A stretch of 61,380 nucleotides of DNA, the filler included, from Dirinaria sp. TL-2023a (lineage: Eukaryota), in the NCBI GenBank assembly GCA_051941275.1. It is 6 parts of 6 records of this genome, joined end to end, with 100 filler letters (N's around TTAATTAATTAA, not from the genome) between each part and the next. Parts side by side here need not be neighbours in the genome. Positions count along the whole stretch, not along the records: positions 20,543 to 30,706 come from JAVEBF010000972.1; positions 30,807 to 40,961 come from JAVEBF010000973.1; 4 more parts are not named here. One strand, written 5' to 3'. Below are positions 23,390 to 33,990 of this stretch, piece after piece. Positions within the stretch are counted from its first letter, which is position 1, and each line of letters begins with the position of its first letter. Under the pieces are notes generated by a model that had not been told where the DNA came from, made no database searches, and was given only the letters and a program-made list of their open reading frames with translations. A program made the translations under genes and the position numbers.

Positions 23390-23488
23390 CTATTTGAACT
23401 TGGGGATTTGTGGCAGAGGTCGGTTTGGCGGTGGTCCTGGGCATGGAGGATATTGTGGTCGAGAGGGTCCGCGGTATTGAGTAGGCAT
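23390..23488 (-). CDS. Putative 32-aa proline-rich microprotein MPTQYRGPSRPQYPPCPGPPPNRPLPQIPKFK
   Basis: Hand-translated. Start context TCTCACA-ATG, no upstream ATG on this strand from 23489 to 23995, pyrimidine-rich leader, and an RPLPQIP (RxLPxxP) motif. Confidence 0.6.
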   Translation of the reverse strand: MPTQYRGPSRPQYPPCPGPPPNRPLPQIPKFK

Positions 23489-26400
23489 TGTGAGATGAGA
23501 TGAAATTTTATGACAGGACTGTATTTGTAAGGAAGACTTTGAGGGAGTAACGTCTGGATGGGATATTCTGAGTAACGGAGTAGTCAGAAGAAGCTTCTAG
23601 GAAGATGTTCGCAGGCAGAGGTTGTTGATTGAATGTCTTTGTGAGTAGTGCTCGCTGATGAAAGTGATGGTGAACAAAAGAGAGAGGAGGTGAGAAGTAT
23701 TTATGATCGAAGCCGGCCAGCGCTTTTGGATTACTCAAGCGGCGCCAAAGAAAGTGCCGTACGCAACCGTGGTAATTGGACTAGGCAACTGAATGTGAAG
23801 TTACTCAGGGAGTAGTAAATGAGCAGATTGACAGGGGTGGCAGCCCCAGTTCGAGTTCGGATGGGCAGGAGAACGCTAGGGAGAAGTTGCGGTGACGCGT
23901 TGGGGCAAGGGGTGAAATTATGCAAACAGGGCTGAAGCAGGGAGAGAAGATGGTGTGCGGATTGACAATTGCGACAACAGCGACAGCTTTGGGCACATGA
24001 TCCGGAAGCCATCTTTTGGGGCAGTTGGGAATTTTGGCCCGGAGGAGGTTTGAATTGGGATGTTGCTCATCCCTGTACTAATCATCGAATTACGATCCTT
24101 TTCCAGGAACGCTTCTTCGCAAGTGGCGGCTAGCGGGAAGACTCAATGACTTCAGCTGCTGTTTGATGTTGATTTCCTGGAGCAGCGGTGCGGAAGGATT
24201 GGCCTGTAAGAGACATCCCGAGTCATGGAGAGACCTGAAAGCTGGCCGTCATTCCGTCTTTGGCGTGCAACAATTCGAATGGCATTGGCAGCCTGTGGAG
24301 CGACCTGTGGCTGTCACCCATCAAGATTGAACCCCTCGGTGAGTCGGTCACCTCCTCGCCGGACTATCGGACTTACAGCATTATCTTAGAGTACCGCTAC
24401 ACGCACACCATCATTTGACGCTTCGTATTATTTTGTGGCAAGCGTAAGGTAGTTTGTAACCACACGATAATATTAATGGTAGGTAGCATTATTAGCATGT
24501 AACTTACCAACTCATTCTTAGCCGATCGCAAGTGCTATCCAACTGTGCATTTTATTACTCCCACTGTACACCGTAGACGGAGTTTTCTCCCCCCCGGGCA
24601 GTTTGATTTTCCAACAGAGTTTATCCAAACATAGGTGAAACCAAGATCTTCGCGCGTCAAATTTGAGCAAACACCTCGGTATCCCATATCCGAGAGCAGG
24701 CATATCATTGGTCTCCGAGAATGGCATTCACTTCGGCGCCACCGGCCCTCTCACAAGGCGATATCATCATGACATGCCTCTGCGGGCTTCTTGTGACGGC
24801 CGTAATTCGAGCAACATGCATTCCTAAGTTCTAAGCAAGACCCGTTGCCGATGGCTTCGTGCTGGACCAGTTCTACGATGACCCCGGGGGCTGGACCCCA
24901 AGCTTCCATCTAACACTTTTTATTAACATTATTACCGTTACTATTGCACTCGAATCGTTCAAGCCTCGATGGCCCCCATGAGTGAAGAACATGCTTTGTC
25001 CCAAAATGGCAGGCTTTGAGATGACGGACGGTGGCGAGAAGAATTTAGTGTGACTGGCTTGACTGGTGAAATGATTAATGGTGTGGCGGCTCGAGCGAAA
25101 ATCCACCGAAGCGTGCACCATCGCCTGCAGGGGGGGAAAGGGGGAGGAAAGCATGGTGTCCACGTGGTGGATATGTAGCTAACACTGATCCTTGTACATT
25201 GAAGGAACGGAAGATCGCAATCCTCCTAATCAAATGCTCCCGTTGTTGGTTCCATTCGATACCTTAGTAAGGTAACGTCGTTATACAGTAGGGTAGATGT
25301 ATGAACAGTTGGGGATTTCCCTTTGCTACCAAGTCGTCATGAACAATAACATGGACATCCAATTCCACGCTCACATCAGCCCACCATCCTGCACATTGTT
25401 CGCGATCCCGCACCTGTTTCAATTGAGCTGTTGTATGTTATCTCACTTCGGTCAACCAACAGGTCAGGGAGTAACCTTGACAAGGCCTCCCAAGCCCGAG
25501 TCCTTTCCGGTGTGCTTCTTACAAGGGCCAACCGTCTTCTGTTCCCCCTTTCCCTACAGGTCTGCTTACAGTACCTTCAGCTTTGACTGCAGCAGGAGGA
25601 GAAGCCACAGCTACGGACATGAGCGATTGGGCAGTAAGGTACAGTAACAGCAGTAGAGTAAGGTAGCTTAGGTGAAGTAAGTAGGTTAAGGTAAGGTAAG
25701 CAGAGGGTCTACCTTCACTACTTTACTTGACTTGCCGGGCTTCCCGCATCAAGTACCTTAGGTACCTTAGGTATGTTTAACCGTCTTCATCTGGGCAAGC
25801 TGCATGCCTGCATGTCATTAGCTTTTTACCCCAACTTCCACGTTACCCAAAATGTCGGGACTCACGCCCCACGGCCGCAGATGCAGGAAGCCTAAGCGAG
25901 AGGCCAGTGCATGAGGCATCCCGGCGCCTCGATCTTCTTTTTCCAGATAACACGAAGAAGAGAGTCAGATGTGGCGTCGCTCATTTCCGGCCTGTCGCAA
26001 AAAATAGATCGGGGGAAATCATTGTGCGGGAGGAAGAGGTTCAGCTCGAAGGCAAAATCTGACTGTGAGCCCCGGCAATATATCTGAATACAGTGCTATC
26101 CGTCCAAGGCAACAAAGGAACGACTGGTCGCAACCGAGTTGAGGGTCTCCGTGGCTAGCTGACCGGCCGGGTACTACATACCTGTACTGACAATTGGGGT
26201 GTGCGACGGTGGTAGTAGCCAAGGTATGCTAACGATTGCCAACGAGTGAAAGTGCAGCCAGCACCCAAAGCCTAACGAGATCACGATTTGATAATACGAC
26301 CGTTTGACTTCATCCCAAGCAGAACTTACGCGGACATTTGCGGAACAGCTTCCTCCGACCTCCTTGTTCCCTCCATACCGTACTACTCCCTGCCTTGCTT

Positions 26401-26843
26401 TTCCTCCGAGTAAGTCTTCCAAGGTAGAGCATCTGTGGGTTTACCAATCGCTGCGGGTCTCCATGCTTCATAAGCATTCTTCGCATACGAATACCGTGAT
26501 GGTGTTTCAGGTGCGGGTAAGACTGTACAATTCAAGAGCAAACTCGGTCCTCTGCAGTAGAGGCGTGGGATGCGAAGGTTTAAGGGAATGCGCTTGTGAA
26601 AAGAGAACGCCGAACTTGTGGGACTGCATCTCGACTTGGTGAACACCTCACGAGCAACTTGACTCAGCAATGTCAGAGCGCAGAGGAAGACTTTCAAACA
26701 GCGTACCTTACATCGCAAGTGCTAGAGAAACACTCTAATGCACGACCCTGTCCCAACGACAGGTACTCGTACCTGAGGCCCATCTTCGATCGCGCTTCAT
26801 CGGCGATGCCACATGTTCCTTACAACCTGTTCGCAATCCTGCC

Positions 26844-27752
26844 TCAATCCTCCAAGATCTGCCCCTCTCCAGCTTGTGTGGATGCAATCCATTCCTCCAT
26901 CATGGCTGGCCCTGCATTTCCGGCCAAATCCTTGCCGCGTGCAGCTCCCCGCCGCTTAACAACCAGGCAAAGTATTCGGCCGTATATTGTAAAGCCATCA
27001 TACATGGTCTCCAATGCTAATTTTTTCTTCTCCTCGTCGCCGTCCTCTCGGCGAGCTGGTGTAGGCTCCGCTTTGACCTCGTGTACTGGTATATTCGCCC
27101 CAGACCGTAGTCCCTCATCGTCGGATCCCTCCGATACGAACAACGGATCCTCTTGTTCCCTTTGTGAGCCTGTTGAGGCATTTTCTGTTGGTCCATCCCG
27201 TGCGACAGGGATATCTGCCAGAGGAGGGTTTACTCCTTCTTCGCTCTGTTCTCTAATCATGGGCCAGTCTACATCATCACCAACCTCTACAGGCACATCC
27301 CTTGTCCCATAGCCAGCCAGTCTACCCTTTGTGGTGCCCAGTCTCGGCTTCTCGCTCTTCGCCCGCTTGTCTTTCTTGAGGATTGCATGCCTCGAACTTG
27401 TCTCCGTCAAGAATACCGCCACATCAAAATCGTCTGCCCAAATCCACGATCAGCTACAGAGTCGCCCTTCCCTAGTGTACTGTATGCCACGCGGCCTCTA
27501 CTTGGTTGACGTACCTTTGACAACGACGTCTTTCCAACCTTTCTTCTTGCCACTTTTCCCGGATTTCGCCCGCGCATTCTCTTCGCGTAACTTAGGCAGG
27601 ACCAGCGGCCGCACAGCTTCAATGATACGCGGCAAAACAGGGTCTCGTGTGTTCAATAGCCATCGTTGGGTATCGGCGGGATTATCGAGGTAGATGCGAC
27701 ATTCAAGCACAGAATATTTGGTGATGCGAAGATATCGGCGTAGCGGAGGCAT
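26844..27752 (-). CDS. Conserved fungal hypothetical protein, 2 exons
   Basis: MPPLRRYLRITKYSVLECRIYLDNP...VRPLVLPKLREE, a GT-AG intron (about 27514-27435), then DDFDVAVFLTETSSRHAILKK...YDGFTIYGRILCLVVKRR...MMEEWIASTQ. Confidence 0.85.
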
Positions 27753-28180
27753 GGTAGATCCAAAGTGCGGGGATGGAACCTTGGACACGGCGTGCCAGTG
27801 TTGCTGGTTTGCGGGCTTGCTACGCGACAGGAATGAATCCCCAGAATAGCATATCTTGAGGTCATCAGGCCGTCAAGTGGCCTTCTATTCCATATTGGAA
27901 TGACCTCCGCTACTTTCGACCGAGTCTAGGTAGTCCTGCTTGCGCCTCAAGGAGTGCGGAGTTGCTGTTCACACATTGAGAGCTGTGAGAGCGCGTTTCA
28001 CGAAAGTCCCATCGGCGACTATCACTTTAGCCTTTCAAAGGCCTTGGCGGGACTGCCGTAGCGTCTATCTAAAGTAAGGTACGAGCACGAGTACCTTTAG
28101 AATCTTCCCTTCGTCTACAACATGCATTAATCTAATGCCAGCCACCATGTAGAGTGCAGGCTCCAGCAATCGGTAAGCCC

Positions 28181-30706
28181 ATGCGGGCAGCATCAGGACC
28201 GTTGAGGGCAGTCATTCAAACTGATCCAACTCTGCTTCCTGCCCAGCACACACAGGACTTGGCCATTCCCGTGGATTACCAACTCACCGTGTCCACTAAC
28301 AGAAAGTCTCTTTATCTGGGATGGTAATGGCGCCAACGACACATACTCCTCGGAATCCAGGGGCATTATTGCCGCCAGGAAAGCCGCAAACGGTCTGTTA
28401 GCTGTCGCCGACTCTCAGGTCGTTATCCTTTATGATACTAAGCAGGCAACACAGAAAAGCTATAGAGTCAAAGGCGCCGACGTGCGTACATCAGGACTCA
28501 TCTGGCGAAGTAAATGTGGTAATCTGCATGCGTAACGTCAAATCGGCCTACTACAATACAGCCATGATTCGATGAATTTTTTTTTTTCACCTCCACCCTC
28601 CAGCATACCGTGCAATTGTATTCTCTAAAGCATGCTAAATTATTGGATGCATTCAGCACGCATCCACCACCGTCTGACGTGTTCGTTGTCTCTGCTACTT
28701 CACATTTACTGCTTCCCGCATCCATCTCGCCCCCGACGATATTATTGTCAAGCCTAGTACAAAAGACACCCCCAATTCTGCTCCACCCGCAGTGCTCATC
28801 ATCGGCTGTCGTAATAGCGAGTTTCCATTCAGAGCGAGTATATCTCTTCTTCCTTGCCTTTGTCGATAGCGTATCGGCTGTATATGATGCTTCTGGTTTC
28901 TTTTAGGATGGAGCAAGAGGGACCCGTAAATCTGGACCAGCAAGTTTGGGCTTGCGTGTATTCGGAAATTTCACGCTTTAGGGACATATGGGCCGAACAG
29001 CAGCAGTGAATTCGATCTGCAGACATATCGTGTGCATGGTCTGAATGCAAACACGGCCCCTAATCGGTCGAGGAATCACTGGAGCCGCATTTGTACCTGG
29101 CCACCAAGCAACTGTCATGAGCATCGGTGCTGACGGGAGATGTTGTGTACTTTCTTTCCAACCATTGACTGATCGGTCTATGAGCCTGAATGGAAGCAGC
29201 AACATAACTTCTATGAGGAAGTGGCATCTGCATGGAGCAGCAACGCGCTTGTCGATAACCTCCTTCAGCGCAAGAAACGTACCTTCCATCTCTGATCATA
29301 GTCCATCTCGTCACGAAAACTTCCCAGGTCCCCCTAATATCGCTGCTGTTGGCTGTCACGATGGTCATGTCCTGCTTTATCGTCTTGACGGTACTTTGAT
29401 TGAATGGAGATCGTTCGACGCTGATCGCTATGTAGCGGCGGGTGTCCGATGGACACATGGCAAGTATACGTCTACTCAGAGTAGAAGGAGTAGACCTCAA
29501 CCAAGTCCACGTTCAAAGTGAAAGAGCTTAGGGTTGGTGTTTGCAGCAGGTTGCCAGATAAGAACTGAGGTATGGCGGTAATTGACGTCCAAGAAGAGGC
29601 CGCATCAGTCCCGATCCCACAGACTCCTAAGCATGTTCAGCCATATGACAATCCAAGGTCAAAGCCAAGGCAGTCCACATCTGCCGTCTATCACTTGGAC
29701 ATCGAATCTCAAACGAAGCTATCCAGCTCACGGACCGTCAGCGAGGATACAGGATACCAGACAGCCACAGAACACCTGAGTGGTTCGGGCAGTTCTGATG
29801 GTACAACTAGACTTACAGAAAAGTCAGACGAGGCTAAGGCAACAAGAATGAATGGTGGCCCCAACGAGCGTCCCTCTTCCGATACAATCATCAAAACAGC
29901 TCCTTATCCATATATTCCACCCCGACCTACGATGTCCAGGCCGGGCGGCCTTCTGTCACGTCGTCGAGCCCAGACTTCTCAAAGCCGCATGGCTGCTGAT
30001 AACGAACGCTCGTCGCAATTGAAGACTCAATTCATGCCAGTGCCGAACATGAAGAACAGTGCCATAACCGAGCACCTCAGTAATGTGCAGAGGCCAAGCA
30101 CACATGATACTTTTGTGTCGACTTCAGAAGCGACGCCATTAGAGTGGATCGACCTTGAACCCGATTCTCCAGAAGCAAACGCTCCGCCTTCTGCCAACAA
30201 CAAGGCTCGTGCACGAAAGTCTGCGTTATTGCCACCAACTCGGCAGTCGGAAGCCTCCCACGATACCGTTGTCGACTGGTCCAATTCTACAACCACCGAT
30301 CCCGTACCTACGATGACTCTTTCTCCAGCTCCGGTAGAGCAGCACCAACCGACTCCGCTACCCCTGAAACGGTCGTTCGCGCACAAACCGAGGAAGCCAC
30401 CACCTGCGTCATTGAATTTGGAACAATCAGCCAAGTCTGACGACACAATCGTGGAGTGGGGGCCAAGTCTGAAGAAATCGCCAAGGTTGTTCGACATTCA
30501 TAAAGACCTAGTTCATCCGAGCGCCGTCGCTGGACAGGGCGGAGCCGAGCAAACCCCTCCACCACCTGTTATACCAGCCACCGGCAGCGCGTCTCGCAAA
30601 CTGCCTCCAACCCCCCTTTCTGAGGCAACGCGCAACCGTTCACAGGCCATGTATACCGTCTCACCATCGAAATCGTTCCCCTCATCCCCTCCGTCCGGAC
30701 CGCCTC
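28181..30706 (+). pseudogene. Disabled WD40-repeat gene with a long Ser/Pro-rich tail; 3'-truncated by the contig end
   Basis: WD-like segments (SLFIWDG...GIIAARKAANGLLAVADSQVVILYD; FHSERVYLFFLAFVDSVSAVYDA; ITGAAFVPGHQATVMSIGADGRCC) are split by frameshifts (about 28303, 28580, 28955) and in-frame stops (28904-28906, 29519-29521). The apparent intron 28482-28535 ends in AA. Confidence 0.7.
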
Positions 30707-30806
30707 NNNNNNNNNNNNNNNNNNNNNNNNNNNNNNNNNNNNNNNNNNNNTTAATTAATTAANNNNNNNNNNNNNNNNNNNNNNNNNNNNNNNNNNNNNN
30801 NNNNNN
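30707..30806. other. Artificial contig linker
   Basis: 44N-TTAATTAATTAA-44N. Confidence 0.99.
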
Positions 30807-30807
30807 A

Positions 30808-31095
30808 CGACAAAGCACCCGGCAATCGACTCATCATTCGGATACTGATCCAGGGAGCGAGTACAGAAGCAGATACAGGCCTACTGAAGAAGCTGGCACA
30901 CAAGCCTCTTCGCATCGCTCCTCGCAACGTACTGCGACCCATACTTCGGGCTCGAGAAGTGGCACTCAAAGTAGCCGCAATGGCCAAGCAGCATTTTCCC
31001 GTGGACGTGGGAGAGGGAGAGGCCGAGGCCATCTCGGAAGCAGAGTGACAAGAGGACCTGCGACCATTGCAAATGACAGTGAGGAGGAAGATTAG
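30808..31095 (+). CDS. 3' end of a 5'-truncated gene; disordered tail with RGRGRGRG and an acidic end
   Basis: Frame is open from the contig start for 95 codons, ending ...FSRGRGRGRGRGHLGSRVTRGPATIANDSEEED*. Confidence 0.55.
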   Translation, partial: RQSTRQSTHHSDTDPGSEYRSRYRPTEEAGTQASSHRSSQRTATHTSGSRSGTQSSRNGQAAFSRGRGRGRGRGHLGSRVTRGPATIANDSEEED

Positions 31096-31897
31096 AGTGG
31101 CGAGTTCGATGCCCCTTGAGAGCGCTATGTATTGGTGCTGTATGAATGGGCGTATGTCCTGGCATGAAAGCGGGATAGTTTGATTTGAGCTCCAACAAGT
31201 TCGATTAAATCAGTCAAGATGAAGTACATTTTCCTGTTCCATAATTCTTGCATGTCAAGTAGTTGATTTGCGGTTTAACAACTTTTCCATGCTGCACTCA
31301 GATTCTGCTTTGTATCATGATCGAGTTTGCTCTGAGGAGGTTATTGAGTATGTTAATATTAAGTCTTTAGAAAACTGAATTCTCGTGCCTGCCGTGAGAA
31401 TTCAAGTTTGTACCATCTGGGGGTTCATATCTTTGTCTTCTAAGTCTTCCGAAGGATGGCAAGCTGGGGGGGGAGGCATTCGAACTCAATTAGACAGTCG
31501 GTCAATGATGAATATCATCATTTTCAATACAGAGTAAAGGATTGAAAACGACGCTTCATCTCTAAAAGAGTTGGAAGAATCTATTCGCAACGAGATTCTC
31601 TCCTTGGCAGAGCGAATTGAAAGTTTTACGCGAGTCCAATAGTTTGGAGCGAAGGACCCACGCGCGGATCAAAAGCCAGCAAATGAATGAGTGAATCCTA
31701 GAGTGAAATCGCGTCAAGTTGAAATGCGCTTATCGATTGGGCGCTTGAAGTTCCCCCATCGTTGATGTCATCGAACTTTATTAATCCAGATCTGAGAAAA
31801 TTATCAACACAGACCAGAGCGCACATATATTTGTTCCTTCTCCATTCTCTTCACCAGTAAATACTTAGAAATACTTAGTACTCGATCTGTAATCAGA

Positions 31898-33357
31898 ATG
31901 TCCTCCAATTCCGTTTTCCAGCTCCAATGCTCCTGCAATGTGCGCAACTTCCACCCACTCCCGCTTAGCCGCGCCTCATTGACTAAAACACTGCCATCAG
32001 AACTATCCGTGGGGGAAGACCGGCAAAGAATCCCTCGCCGCCCAATTGTGCGCCGGAACACCGAATACAGGCTTCCAGATCCAGGATGATCAGCCTTACG
32101 CCGAGATGTGGATGGGCGATTACGTGAGCCGGCCTCCGCGTTCGACCCGCCGTGCCCCTTCGTCCCATGGCTTACTTCTCCTAGCCAGTGCTTCCGGCCA
32201 AAGTCTTGGAGACGGGTGAAGAGCTGCACAAGGTGCTGGACCAGAACAAGGAGAAGCTGTTGGGCAAAAATTGCATCGAGAAATTCGACGCGGTGCTTCC
32301 GTTCTTGCCGAAGGTGCATATCTAGTGCAGCCCTGGGATCTGGCGCATGTCAAGATGCTCATGGCCATGTAGATCCTTTCCATAGCCAAAGCCCTTCCTC
32401 TGCAGATCCACCCTGACAAAGACCTCTCGGCGCGCCTTCATGCCAAAGATCCGGAGAAATTCACGGATCCCAACCACAAGCCTGAGATTGCCATCGCGCT
32501 TGGACCGTTCGAGGTCTTCGCAGGGTGGAAGCCGAACAATGACATCAAAGTCTTGTTCGATACCTTGGAGCCACTGAAGAAATTCCTGCCCAACTCTCAC
32601 CTGCACTTCAACAACGATAGCATCAGGAGCATCTGCCAAAATATATTCAAAGCGAGTGATGAGACCATCAAGGAGACGCAAGAGGCGCTGCAGAAGATAC
32701 CAAGGGAGAGATATGGAACCCAGTCGTACATCCTCGATGTGTTGCCAAGATTGCAAGAACAATATTCGACTGAAGATCCGGGGAATCTCGTTGCGCTTTT
32801 GTATTGCTTCCTTTCCCGGAGTCATTGTAACGAGGCAGGCACTCATGAGCTTTAGGACGATGAATTACATCACCCTCTCCGCCGGCGACGCGATATACGT
32901 GCCTGCTGACTGCCCACACGCTTACCTATCAGGTGACATCGTCGAGTGCATGGCTCGCAGCAACAATGTCTTGAACACGGGGTTCTGCCCACGCGCGGAT
33001 AGAGATAGCATCGACCTCTTCACCCAAGCTCTTACTTTCTCTCCACATAATGCGGAGCAAGTGCTTCTGGGGTCGACGCCGAGTACCAGAGCGAGGTTAG
33101 GCAAGACGGTGGAGTACCAACCTGCGATGAGCGAATTCAACATGATGAAGACAGTGTTGAACCCCGGAGAGACGGAAACGGTAGAGAAAATTGACGGGCC
33201 AAGCGTGCTATTCGTCACAGAAGGAAGCGGGAAGATGAGTGCGGAAGGAGAGAGATTCGAATTGCAAGAGGGGTTCATATTCTTCGTCGGACAGGGTGTG
33301 GAGACGACGTACGAGACTGGAAAGGGTTTGGTGATCTATAGAGCCTATGCGGAATAG
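31898..33357 (+). CDS. Mannose-6-phosphate isomerase, class I (multi-exon)
   Basis: CN|NYPWGK, PYAEMWMG, LPFLPK|ILSIAKALPLQIHPDK, DPNHKPEIAIAL, DPGNLVALL and PHAYLSGDIVECMARSNNVLNTG, joined by GT-AG introns. Confidence 0.93.
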
Positions 33358-33423
33358 ATAGGCTGAATTATGTAGTCAACAACACTCTTGACCTCATTAG
33401 AAGGTATCGCCGAATGTAAACCT

Positions 33424-33990
33424 TCATGCGTCTGTAATGTTTCTGATTATGGGCTTAGTCACGGTTTCAATAATCCAAGGTCCGTATCCCAAATATCCAT
33501 CATGCACATCTATCTTCATTGTCCTCGGAGGGTTGCGCGCGGCTAGCGTCTTCAGCCCGTACAGCGCCGCTACCGCCAGCTTAGTGTTCATCGCCTCAAA
33601 TCCTGGCGCAGTCGTGCTTTCGGTCTGGAAGAACACATTGGTGTCGGGAATATGGATCGCTACGTTGGGGCTCACGTATTCTTCAGACACTAATTGGTTG
33701 ATTTCGATGACGGCGTCGAGGAGGCGTGAGAGGACCTTGGCGTCTGCGGCCGTACCCAGCGGGCCGTAGTCGCGGAAGATGAGGAAACCGTCTTCGTAAT
33801 TAAAGAGTGGGTAGCGGATGCTTGGGGATGGCCAGTCGTGGAGAGTGGAGTTTGTTGAACGCTTTAACGCACTTTCGTTCATATCGGTTGCTGAGCCTTC
33901 ATGGCGTGGCAGGTTCAAGGCCAGCACGGCCTGATAAGGAGGTTGCAGACATAGTAAGAAAAGGAGTGTATAGAAAATAATCAATAGCAT
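33424..33990 (-). CDS. Putative secreted hypothetical protein (188 aa)
   Basis: The internal ATG gives MLLIIFYTLLFLLCLQPPYQAVLA (signal peptide), a propeptide ending in Kex2-like KR, N-glycosylation sequons, then a compact globular domain. Confidence 0.7.
   Translation of the reverse strand: MLLIIFYTLLFLLCLQPPYQAVLALNLPRHEGSATDMNESALKRSTNSTLHDWPSPSIRYPLFNYEDGFLIFRDYGPLGTAADAKVLSRLLDAVIEINQLVSEEYVSPNVAIHIPDTNVFFQTESTTAPGFEAMNTKLAVAALYGLKTLAARNPPRTMKIDVHDGYLGYGPWIIETVTKPIIRNITDA

Noticed and set aside
23731..24012. Cys-rich ORF MASGSCAQSCRCCRNCQ... (metallothionein-like?)
   Set aside because: The Cys cluster is confined to the first 16 residues and the rest reads like translated pyrimidine-rich leader. 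It is more plausibly the promoter or 5' UTR of the micro-ORF at 23488.
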